A stretch of DNA of 64,000 nucleotides from Armatimonadota bacterium (lineage in GTDB: Bacteria; Armatimonadota; UBA5829; DTLH01), in assembly GCA_039679675.1 (NCBI GenBank), contig JBDKUN010000030.1, forward strand, positions 743-64,742, in the 5' to 3' direction. Below are positions 1 to 8,406 of this stretch, piece after piece; the first letter of the stretch is position 1, and each line of letters begins with the position of its first letter. The notes below the pieces were generated by a model. It made no database searches, was not told the origin of the DNA, and worked only from the letters and a program-made list of their open reading frames with translations. The translations under genes and the position numbers were made by a program.

Positions 1-1028
1 CCAATGATGCGACCCTCGGCAAACCCATGCCCAATGTAGCCTGTATCTAGCAACTTGGTCTTCATGTCCTCAAAAAGGAATAACAGTATTTTGCAGTCAT
101 CGGACAATCCGGGTATCCCCAGAAATTCAACAATTTGAGTATATCCTTGCTCCCTGGCCTGTGCCAGTGAGTCAAGTTCCCGTTCGGCGGTGGAGTTCTT
201 GTAGTAGTGGACCTCAAAGTGCTGAGTATTGAAAGTCAGTGTTTTTGCTAGCACAAGCCTTAGCCAATCGCTACTATCTGGAATATGAAGAATCGCGGGC
301 TCAAAGCCACTGATCCAGTCGATGTGCCAGTCGCTCTCGGAGGGGATGAAATCGATTAGCCAAGTCTCCTCGTCGTTCGTCACCGAAAGGACGGTAAGAT
401 TGCCCGAACTGCTCACGGAAGCGGGGTGCATGCCCAGCAGAACATCTCGATCCCAATACAGCAAGGAAGTCGGGATATCACCTGTCAGAGCCTTCTCAAA
501 AATGTCCGGTGACTGCATGCCTGCGTTACGGTAGTCTTCGGAGAAGACAGTGTCCCATATCTCGCGATAATGTCCCTCACGGATAAGCTTCTGAAATGAC
601 ATAAATACACGCCTGACCTCGACTGCCCTAATATCGGACTCCGGTAAGATATTAAGTTTTACTGGCGTTTTCAACCGTAAATCGCTCAGGCTAAATAGCT
701 GCTGCTGAAAATACTGACCATAGTCACAACTCTCCGCCGAGACTGGTTCGTAAAATCTGAGAGTTACCGAAGAATTCTCCGCAATTTCTCCGATAAAAGA
801 GAATGCACAACGAACCTGCCTTGTTTCTCCAGCATTTACGGTTGCAGTGTACTGGCGTTCCCACGCGATATAACCATCTGTTCGAATATCTACGAAGAAG
901 ATCTTCTGCTTAGGCATCGGATTCGAAACGCTAACCTGCACCACATTCTTGCCGGAACCAATTGGCTCTAACTCCACTGATTGAATTCTCAAATCACTCT
1001 GCGCGGGTCCTGCACTGATTTCTGGCAT
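1..1028 (-). CDS. Hypothetical protein, N-terminal 342 aa only (ORF continues past window start)
   Basis: Uninterrupted minus-strand reading frame from ATG at 1028 (preceded by GGGGG SD-like run) to position 1; absent from ORF track only because no stop in window; no recognisable motif. Confidence 0.45.
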   Translation of the reverse strand, partial: MPEISAGPAQSDLRIQSVELEPIGSGKNVVQVSVSNPMPKQKIFFVDIRTDGYIAWERQYTATVNAGETRQVRCAFSFIGEIAENSSVTLRFYEPVSAESCDYGQYFQQQLFSLSDLRLKTPVKLNILPESDIRAVEVRRVFMSFQKLIREGHYREIWDTVFSEDYRNAGMQSPDIFEKALTGDIPTSLLYWDRDVLLGMHPASVSSSGNLTVLSVTNDEETWLIDFIPSESDWHIDWISGFEPAILHIPDSSDWLRLVLAKTLTFNTQHFEVHYYKNSTAERELDSLAQAREQGYTQIVEFLGIPGLSDDCKILLFLFEDMKTKLLDTGYIGHGFAEGRII

Positions 1029-1253
1029 ACACCAACCCCCTGATAAAAGTGTTAGAATAAGCACAATCCCCAACTATAAACAATGGCACTCTTCTCGATA
1101 TATCAGTCTCAGCTTTTTCAATGCTTCGGTGCGCTTTTTGCGCCGAAGCCCCCATTATCGGCATCCACGGTCTGAACAATCCATCCTACCATCCGCCTGC
1201 ATTGTTTATCACTAAAGAACCGGTACGCCATCTATATATGATGTCTCTTCTAA

Positions 1254-1320
1254 TAAAAAAACCAGGTCATCACAACGTCGGCGTGATATAAACGACGGCG
1301 CGGATGAGCCTGGTTTTTAA
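1254..1320 (-). terminator. Putative rho-independent terminator for gene 1372..2778
   Basis: Long imperfect inverted repeat aaaccaggtcatc ... gatgagcctggttt (1256-1316) flanked by A-run on + strand / T-run on - strand, 55 nt downstream of the minus-strand stop at 1372. Confidence 0.5.
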
Positions 1321-1371
1321 TTTCACTGGATGATCTGAGAGTTCAACCTCTCTATCTTCCACGGTACCTCG

Positions 1372-2778
1372 CTACTTATTTTTCACTAGTTCCTTCGTTA
1401 TTGTTAGTCTTATTCTGACCTGAGTCTGCCCTGTTCCAGACGCTCCACCAGCGGACATGCCGCCGCCGGACATACGGGGCGAACTACTAAAGCCAGGTAT
1501 TTCATGCTGTGCAGCGGACGGAGGCATCCCCGGCATATAACTGCCAGAATTACCGCCGACTAGAGACTGTGAGCCGGAAGAAGCGGTGTCACTTCCGGTT
1601 TTTGGAGCAGGCATCTGCTGCTGAATAGCCGCAACTGTCTCATTGCTCATGACCGCGCCAAACTCAACTAAAGTCACATCTTTCAGGAGCTTACCCGGTT
1701 TGTAGGCAAAATACGCGGTATTGACTGCTCTGATCTCATCCATTTTTCCGAGACCGAGGAAGTAAAGCGTGGCAGACCCGCTTATGTTCGAGACAATTTT
1801 CGCGCACTCATAGCCGCCTTCCCATTCAAGGTTTTCCAGAACGCTCGTGCCCTTATACTTTCCATAACTGGAAAGCCCTTCGAGCTTCATATGCATACTG
1901 GTCGGCCACTTGTCGCCTACCTGGATCGGATAACCCGGCAGCGACAACAGACAATCCGTTACTTCCACCTTCGATCTTTCGGACATAACGCTTGCATCTA
2001 TAACTCTTCCGAAAACATCTACGAGCTTGTATACAGATTGGTATTTTTGCGACTGCCCCAGCAGGCTGACCTGTCCAAACATCTGGGTAAAAGCGCTGTC
2101 TTTATCAACTTTGTATCGAAGAAGTGCCGAACCACTTGGTTCTAGGTCTTCGACCATCTGGATTACATCATATTCGCCGAGTACAGGGGCTTGACCGCCC
2201 GTCAAACTGTAACCGGTAGCATCGAGAACCTCACAGGTAGTAGAAACTTTGTATCTGCTCTCCGTGCCCAGATAATAATGGTATTTCATACGGACAGGAG
2301 GGGCAGGATTTGGCCTCTGTACCTGGTTCTGCAGAGTCACGTTAACTGTAGCGGACTCAATAGCCACATCCTTTGAGGTTGTAGCACTGCCTATAGAAAA
2401 TGCCTCGACACGAATTACATGCCGTCCATCGCGATAGCTTCGCTGATCAGCAGGAAGAGTTGTATCATTTATCGAGCGCTTGGTATCCCACATATATACG
2501 ATGTTGGGATTCAATGGGGCCTTGCCGGTCACAGGCGGAATGGAAGCGTCAACCGCCGCCAAAAATCTACCGTCTACCTTAACGGTAATAAAACCAGCTC
2601 TGGCGACCTCAGCCGGAAGAGAATAGCGAGGTATAACAATCGGCACCTTATCACGCACCAAACGATTCTCAGTTGGTGAAGCAATCGTAATCGCAAGAGC
2701 GGATGCGGCCGTAAACAGCACTGATCCAAGCAGCACAGCTGCTGTGGTAATAGAACGAACCTTGTGGGTAAAACGCAT
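1372..2778 (-). CDS. Secreted protein of unknown function with Gly/Ser/Met-rich low-complexity C-terminus
   Basis: ORF 1372..2847; preferred start ATG 2778 (MRFTHKVRSITTAAVLLGSVLFTAASALA signal-peptide-like) preceded by AGAGGG SD; C-terminal GGNSGSYMPGMPP...SGGGMSAGGASGTGQ tail. Confidence 0.6.
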   Translation of the reverse strand: MRFTHKVRSITTAAVLLGSVLFTAASALAITIASPTENRLVRDKVPIVIPRYSLPAEVARAGFITVKVDGRFLAAVDASIPPVTGKAPLNPNIVYMWDTKRSINDTTLPADQRSYRDGRHVIRVEAFSIGSATTSKDVAIESATVNVTLQNQVQRPNPAPPVRMKYHYYLGTESRYKVSTTCEVLDATGYSLTGGQAPVLGEYDVIQMVEDLEPSGSALLRYKVDKDSAFTQMFGQVSLLGQSQKYQSVYKLVDVFGRVIDASVMSERSKVEVTDCLLSLPGYPIQVGDKWPTSMHMKLEGLSSYGKYKGTSVLENLEWEGGYECAKIVSNISGSATLYFLGLGKMDEIRAVNTAYFAYKPGKLLKDVTLVEFGAVMSNETVAAIQQQMPAPKTGSDTASSGSQSLVGGNSGSYMPGMPPSAAQHEIPGFSSSPRMSGGGMSAGGASGTGQTQVRIRLTITKELVKNK

Positions 2779-3079
2779 AGGGACCCTCTCTGAAGCCAAT
2801 TGGCCGGTCTGCATATTCCAGCTCAACATAATGCTACCACGGAGCAACAGTTTAAGTCAATCAAATGTCGAGCACAACCACATCATTGACTGTTTTTAAG
2901 GCCAGTATGTTCCTGCAGATGTAGATAGGATTACTGAATTGAAGCAATATGGAAAGCCGGCATGTGATAAAATGTAATATCAGCCTCAACAGCAAATTTG
3001 GCATTGATTTTGCCGATAGCCTGATTTGGGGGAAAGTCATAGCCATTATCGCCGTGCTGCTTTGGAGGCAGCTAACACA

Positions 3080-6000
3080 GTGACGCGCATATGTACGATA
3101 ATCATTATGCTGTTATCAGTCCTGGGGGCTGCAGTTTACGCCGCTTCCTGGGATTACTCGTACGAGTGTAACAATCTCCCTGAGAGCCCGATTTGTGCAA
3201 CTACAGAGCCAGTCACCGGTGATGTCCGCGAAGCCGTCAGCGGCTGCCTGCATATAGTGGACAGCGCAGCCAACCGTTCTCTCTACCAGGTGGACCTGAG
3301 CGGATGCTATTCCCCCGGAATACAAGCTGGTACAATCGAGACCATGCAGCAGTTCGTATCGTCGAGCAATATGAACAATATCATACTCATGATGCGGCAA
3401 GACACGAACGGCGCATCCGCCGAGATACGAATCGGATATTATGATGCCGGTGACGGCAGAAAAGGGCTCTGGAACGCAAATACAGGCCAGTATCTCGGCC
3501 CGACTGATCCGAACCTGTTTTACAAGATCAGAATGGTGCTCGACGGTCCGTCCGGCGGCCGCCTGTTCATAAACGACTCCTGCTTTGCCCACCTCGACGC
3601 AATCGCAGGCGGCACTTCACGCCTTTATTTCGGCGCAAATTCGACCCTTGGCACTGGCGAAGTCAACATAGACTATTTCCGGTGGAAATGCGCTGCCATG
3701 GCAGCCCCAGGCGACGCTGACGACCCCGGCGATCCGTCGGAGTTCATCAGTCCAAGGACTACATCGCTGCCCACAGCAGCGCCGGAACAGATGGCAGCCA
3801 CAATCACCTGGACTACCGATGTTCCAACCGACAGCACTGTCCGGTGGGGAACCGCATGGACCTGTCCGAATGCCACCCACGATGATACGCCCGTCACAAA
3901 TCACAGCGTCAGGATCGAAGGGCTGCAGCTTGGGACTACTTACAGGTTCTATGTCGAGTCATCCAACAGCACTACATACACTGCCCGGTCCGGCATACAA
4001 TCTTTTGCCACTCAAGACACCTTCAGGATAAGCTCCGGCCCGTTTGTCAGGACTGCTGCCGACGGCACATCCGCAACGGTCAGTTGGAATACGCCGTTCA
4101 CATCGGACTCGAAGCTCTTTATAAGGCAAAAGGGCCTCACTTCCTGGAATGAAGTCTGTAATCAGACGCCCGTAACGCTGCATGCGCTGGGCGCCTCGGA
4201 GCTTATCCCCAACACAGAGTATGAGTATTACGTTGTCTCTACGAGAGTAGGATCGACCGACGCGCAGTCACAGATATCCGGTTTCTTTACATATGTGTAT
4301 GACAACACTAACCCGCTACTTTCGAACTCCAGCTTCGAGCTGGGAAACACAGCCGGATGGTCCGGCACCGGAGCAGATGTGGGAGTGGTTTACGCCGGGC
4401 CTAAGTTCGACAGCATAATGCCGCACTCCGGCAACTACTTCCTTTGCGCGGAATCAAGCGGCGGAGCTAAAAGTGGCGCAGTATATCAGACTATCAGCAG
4501 CCTGCCCAAAGCGGATTACGTATATGCTTCTGTCTGGATTCACACCTATGAGACCGATTCGTCCGGCAATGAAGAACACAACTCAGCATTTTGCCAGATA
4601 GGTATAGATACAGTCCAACCGGCATCCGACGTACAGACGGATGCTTCGACTATCAAATGGTCAGCTCCTGTTTCTACCGCCAATACCGGCCCATGGGTAT
4701 GCATCGGGGTAAATATTCCGCTGTCAGGGTCAGACCATGCAACCGTCTTCCTCCGCCATGTGCAGACTGCGGACGGCGGGTTCAATGCGACGTGTTTCGA
4801 TGATGCCACAGTTTCCGTATCAGCTCAGACCTGCATAACTACCGGCCCAGCCATCACGATGAACGATGACCACACCAGCGCAGCTGTAGAATGGACGACC
4901 AGCGCTGAATCGACCAGCTTCATCCAGTATGGAAACGGAACAGCTGACAGTTACCAGTTCGGGAATTACCAACTGGACCTGACACCGAAGACTGCGCACC
5001 GGGTTGAGATCAGCATAGTTCCCGGTTCGAATTACGTGCTCCAGATAGGATCAGCGACACCAATGGGAATTTCACTTTCGGCTCCGATGGCGGTGTCCGC
5101 ACAGTCAAGTAACGAGCTTGTGAACTCCGATTTTGAAGCTGTCGATAGCCAGAATAATCCCACCCTGACGCCCTGGACGGTATTTCAGTATGACATCGAC
5201 GCACTCCAACGGTTCGCTTCGCCGGGACAGCCTGCCGGAGGCCCCATAGACGGGCTGACCGGCCCATATCCATATGGCGGCAGCAGTGACTGGCATGGAG
5301 TCACCTGCGAAAGTGACGGCGGCACGCACTTCATAGGGGCCTATTCCGAACCGGGAGAGAACAAAAACGGCGGAGTCTACCAGCAAGTGAAAGTAAGTCC
5401 CAGCAAATTGTATAAAGCATCTATGCGCTTTTTGACGCGCCAGGACCCTATCGACTTTACAAACCCTGCCGAATATACGGCATGCGCCATAGCAATCGAC
5501 CCGACCGGAGGGACGGATGTGCTGTCATCCAGCCTGATCTGGTCTCAGGACAAGAACAGCGCGACCAACGGCCAGTGGGAAGAAGTCGCAGTCTCCGCAC
5601 AGCCCAAAGGCGATGTTATCACCGTGTTTTGCATCATGGAGCAGCGGTATGACACCGCAACACATGTGAACGCCATAGACAATGTAAAACTCAAAGCAAT
5701 ACGGCCGGTTGCTGGAATACTCGGAAAAATGAAGCAGGACAATTCCATCGGCGGCACGGCCGCAATCGAGTCCGCAGTCGTCACCTGCGTTCACAGGCCG
5801 GAGATGTTAGGACAGCCTATACGCATTTACATCGAAGACCTCGACAGGTCTTGCGGAATCGGCGCAATATCGACAGACTGGAACCTCTGGTCCAATCCGC
5901 CCGCCGTAGGAGAAAGTATTTCTGTTCATGGGACTCTGACGACAGTATCGCTGAACGGATATCCGGCAGCTACCGGCGAAGCCGCGATAAATGATGCTGT

Positions 6001-6424
6001 CATAACTAGGCTGACAGACCCGCCCATTCTCCTTCAGCCGCTCGCCTTGACGCAGCGGCACCTGGGAGGCGGCACGTTCGGAATCCAACCCGGAGTAACC
6101 GGCGGCAGCGGGCTATCCAACATAGGACTTTTGATAAAAACGGTAGGAAAAGTCACGAGCGGGGACTCAAGCAGCGGCTGGATTACGGACGCAGACTCAA
6201 ACACCTGTATATACATCGATGACGGCTCGAAGATAAACTCAGGAACGGGCATCTACGGCATTAAAATCGTTGCCAATTCATCGACACCTTCGGTCTGCCC
6301 ACTTGCAGCCGGAGATATGGTCATGGTTACAGGGATTTCTACGGTCGAAGAAGTTAACGGCAGCCTGAAACCGGTATTGATCCTGCAGATGGACAGCGCC
6401 ATATCGGTCATTAATCAACAGTAG
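3080..6424 (+). CDS. Large secreted multi-domain protein (FN3-like and CBM4/9-like sugar-binding modules)
   Basis: GTG start at 3080, 11 nt after GGAGG; signal peptide MTRICTIIIMLLSVLGAAVYAAS. FN3-like segments (ATITWTTDVPTDSTVRWG ... TYRFYVESSN) and two CBM4/9-like segments beginning NSSFELGNTAGWSG and LVNSDFEAVDSQNNPTLTPW. Confidence 0.7.
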   Translation: MTRICTIIIMLLSVLGAAVYAASWDYSYECNNLPESPICATTEPVTGDVREAVSGCLHIVDSAANRSLYQVDLSGCYSPGIQAGTIETMQQFVSSSNMNNIILMMRQDTNGASAEIRIGYYDAGDGRKGLWNANTGQYLGPTDPNLFYKIRMVLDGPSGGRLFINDSCFAHLDAIAGGTSRLYFGANSTLGTGEVNIDYFRWKCAAMAAPGDADDPGDPSEFISPRTTSLPTAAPEQMAATITWTTDVPTDSTVRWGTAWTCPNATHDDTPVTNHSVRIEGLQLGTTYRFYVESSNSTTYTARSGIQSFATQDTFRISSGPFVRTAADGTSATVSWNTPFTSDSKLFIRQKGLTSWNEVCNQTPVTLHALGASELIPNTEYEYYVVSTRVGSTDAQSQISGFFTYVYDNTNPLLSNSSFELGNTAGWSGTGADVGVVYAGPKFDSIMPHSGNYFLCAESSGGAKSGAVYQTISSLPKADYVYASVWIHTYETDSSGNEEHNSAFCQIGIDTVQPASDVQTDASTIKWSAPVSTANTGPWVCIGVNIPLSGSDHATVFLRHVQTADGGFNATCFDDATVSVSAQTCITTGPAITMNDDHTSAAVEWTTSAESTSFIQYGNGTADSYQFGNYQLDLTPKTAHRVEISIVPGSNYVLQIGSATPMGISLSAPMAVSAQSSNELVNSDFEAVDSQNNPTLTPWTVFQYDIDALQRFASPGQPAGGPIDGLTGPYPYGGSSDWHGVTCESDGGTHFIGAYSEPGENKNGGVYQQVKVSPSKLYKASMRFLTRQDPIDFTNPAEYTACAIAIDPTGGTDVLSSSLIWSQDKNSATNGQWEEVAVSAQPKGDVITVFCIMEQRYDTATHVNAIDNVKLKAIRPVAGILGKMKQDNSIGGTAAIESAVVTCVHRPEMLGQPIRIYIEDLDRSCGIGAISTDWNLWSNPPAVGESISVHGTLTTVSLNGYPAATGEAAINDAVITRLTDPPILLQPLALTQRHLGGGTFGIQPGVTGGSGLSNIGLLIKTVGKVTSGDSSSGWITDADSNTCIYIDDGSKINSGTGIYGIKIVANSSTPSVCPLAAGDMVMVTGISTVEEVNGSLKPVLILQMDSAISVINQQ

Positions 6425-6430
6425 AATATC

Positions 6431-7198
6431 TCAGCCTTTTTTGAAGGTAATCGCCGCTATTACGGCGGAAAAAGCTCCGAACACTACCATCAACAGCGGC
6501 ACAGGCATATTTATGGCTGCAGCAGTCCCGGCACATGCGCCGAGCGCCCCTCCTGCAGCAAGCTGAAGCATAATCTTCCGGTCCGCCCTGTTACCGATGT
6601 AGTAGAGCATGACAAGAGGCAGCGATGCCGGGATAATTACCGCCAGTGCAACAGCCTGCGCCAGTTTTTGAGGCACCGCAAGGAAAACCACGAGCGCGGG
6701 AATCAGGAGCGCGCCCCCGGCAACACTCGCCATGCCGCCGATAAGCCCTGCGCCAAAGCCGATTGTAAGCCCCTGTAAAATCGATATGGCTGATGATCCA
6801 GGCTGGCCCGAAGAGACCACAGCTATGTATATACCGGCGGCTGCCAGGACAAGCGCGACCAGCCTTCGGAAAACTGACCGGTTTTTACCTATAGTCAACC
6901 GCGTGCCGATAATCGCACCGGCAACCATGCCGAGCGCCGCCAAACCTGCCGGAGCCCAGTCCATGTATCCCGCTTTTGTGTAGATAATAACGGAAGGTAA
7001 CGCAGCGGCAAGCATCAGAGTCATCGCCGTGCCGCGCGCCCGGTTGGCACTGAGCCCGAACATATAAGCAATGAGAGGCATAGTAAGCGAACCTATCCCT
7101 ACTCCCGTCAAGCCTGTCAAGGCCCCGACCATAAAACCAACTGCCGCCACAAAAACCGTTCTAAGGCTTATATAAAGCTCTTCAGCTCCCGTTTGCAT
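6431..7198 (-). CDS. TauE/SafE (TSUP) family sulfite/anion exporter-like membrane protein
   Basis: 255 aa, about 8 hydrophobic helices, Gly-rich TM segments, internal two-fold repeat typical of TSUP proteins. Confidence 0.75.
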   Translation of the reverse strand: MQTGAEELYISLRTVFVAAVGFMVGALTGLTGVGIGSLTMPLIAYMFGLSANRARGTAMTLMLAAALPSVIIYTKAGYMDWAPAGLAALGMVAGAIIGTRLTIGKNRSVFRRLVALVLAAAGIYIAVVSSGQPGSSAISILQGLTIGFGAGLIGGMASVAGGALLIPALVVFLAVPQKLAQAVALAVIIPASLPLVMLYYIGNRADRKIMLQLAAGGALGACAGTAAAINMPVPLLMVVFGAFSAVIAAITFKKG

Positions 7199-7213
7199 AC
7201 ACCTCCGCTTTTA

Positions 7214-8389
7214 CTAAAGAAAATCTGCCATTACTTCGTTGGCGATAAGCAGTCCGGCCTCTGTCAGCCTGAGAGATCTGCCGTCAATCTCGATCAGCCC
7301 CCGTGCAGACAGCTTTGCCAATTCGTCAGGGTACGATTCTTCGAGTTCGACGCCAAAACGGGCTCTAAACGCATCCAGGTCCAATCCATCGATCATTCTG
7401 AGCCCAAGCATTATAGTCTCACCCATTGCCTGCCGTCCTGTTAAGGCTTCCGATGTCGCTACCGCGCTCCGGCCAGCCGATATCGCATCTATATACCGGA
7501 CAGGTTCCTTTAGATTAGTATAGCGGACGCCTTCGACATAGCCTGAAGCACCCGCACCGAACCCGTAATACGGTTCGTTGCGCCAGTATGTCATATTGTG
7601 GCGGGAGCGCCTGCCCGAAAGAGCAAAATTCGAGATCTCGTAACGATCGTAACCTGCCGGCGCAAGAGTCTCTATTGCAGCCGTATACATCTCTATCTGC
7701 TGATCCTCATCCGGCAGGCGGAGCATGCACTTTTTCCTAAGGTTTCCGAATACTGTCCCCTCTTCCACTGTCAGTTCATACAGTGAAATGTGTTCAGGAG
7801 AAAGCTCCAGGGCAGTCTCGAGCGTCCTCTGCCATTCAGACACCGACTGTCCGGGCAGCGCATACATCAAGTCGATGCTTATGTTATCGAACCCGGCTTT
7901 CCGGCCTATATAAAACGCATCTCTCGCCTGTTCCGCCGTATGGATGCGGCCTATTCGGGCAAGAATACTGTCATTGAACGACTGGATCCCGATGCTCAGC
8001 CTGTTGAACCCTGCGCGCTTCAGTTCCGCCACGGACCGGCCGTTAATAGTCCCCGGATTGGCCTCGATGGTCGCTTCTATATCATCTGAAAAGCCGAAAT
8101 GCGCCCGAAGCGCGTCCAGCATCTTCAAAAGCAGGCCGGATGAAAGGACTGTGGGAGTTCCGCCGCCGAAATAAGCCGAGCTCAGGCTGAAACCTGACGG
8201 CTTTGTTGAATATATCTCCTGAACCAGCGCATCAGCGTAGTCGCCGAACCGGTCTTCCATGTGCGGATAGGAGTTGAAATCGCAGTAGAAGCATTTAGCC
8301 AGGCAAAACGGGATGTGCACATAAGCGGCGCGAACAGGGCCGGAACACGAATGCTCCGGCCCGTCATTACAAGTGTAATTATCGCTCAT
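7214..8389 (-). CDS. hemW: Radical SAM family heme chaperone / oxygen-independent coproporphyrinogen-III oxidase-like protein HemW
   Basis: N-terminal YVHIPFCLAKCFYCDFNS (CxxxCxxC radical SAM motif in HemN/HemW context); 391 aa (HemW size rather than HemN). Confidence 0.8.
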   Translation of the reverse strand: MSDNYTCNDGPEHSCSGPVRAAYVHIPFCLAKCFYCDFNSYPHMEDRFGDYADALVQEIYSTKPSGFSLSSAYFGGGTPTVLSSGLLLKMLDALRAHFGFSDDIEATIEANPGTINGRSVAELKRAGFNRLSIGIQSFNDSILARIGRIHTAEQARDAFYIGRKAGFDNISIDLMYALPGQSVSEWQRTLETALELSPEHISLYELTVEEGTVFGNLRKKCMLRLPDEDQQIEMYTAAIETLAPAGYDRYEISNFALSGRRSRHNMTYWRNEPYYGFGAGASGYVEGVRYTNLKEPVRYIDAISAGRSAVATSEALTGRQAMGETIMLGLRMIDGLDLDAFRARFGVELEESYPDELAKLSARGLIEIDGRSLRLTEAGLLIANEVMADFL

Positions 8390-8406
8390 CGTCCGAAAAT
8401 CATTGC

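Noticed and set aside
322-534. 70-aa + strand ORF near the window start (and 994..1179 minus ORF)
   Set aside because: 322..534 is antisense to the uninterrupted minus-strand partial CDS 1..1028. 994..1179 is an out-of-frame or extended overlap of the same start region with no support.
3026-3079. ATG 3026 as the start of the 1132-aa protein; likewise 2847 for the 491-aa gene, 36086 for the sensor, 36238 for the membrane protein, 42882 for the nanA-like gene, 54853 for the TPR gene
   Set aside because: Internal starts (GTG 3080 after GGAGG; ATG 2778 after AGAGGG; 36221; 36103; 42918; 54889 after AAGGAAGGA) give proper signal peptides or domain starts and better SD spacing. The longer forms would make the divergent genes overlap or add non-homologous leaders.
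6424-6431. Possible mis-annotation because of the 6-bp gap between the convergent 1132-aa gene and the TauE gene
   Set aside because: Both reading frames are long and motif-supported up to their stops. Tight convergent packing without a hairpin is unusual but not impossible, and I saw no sign of a frameshift.
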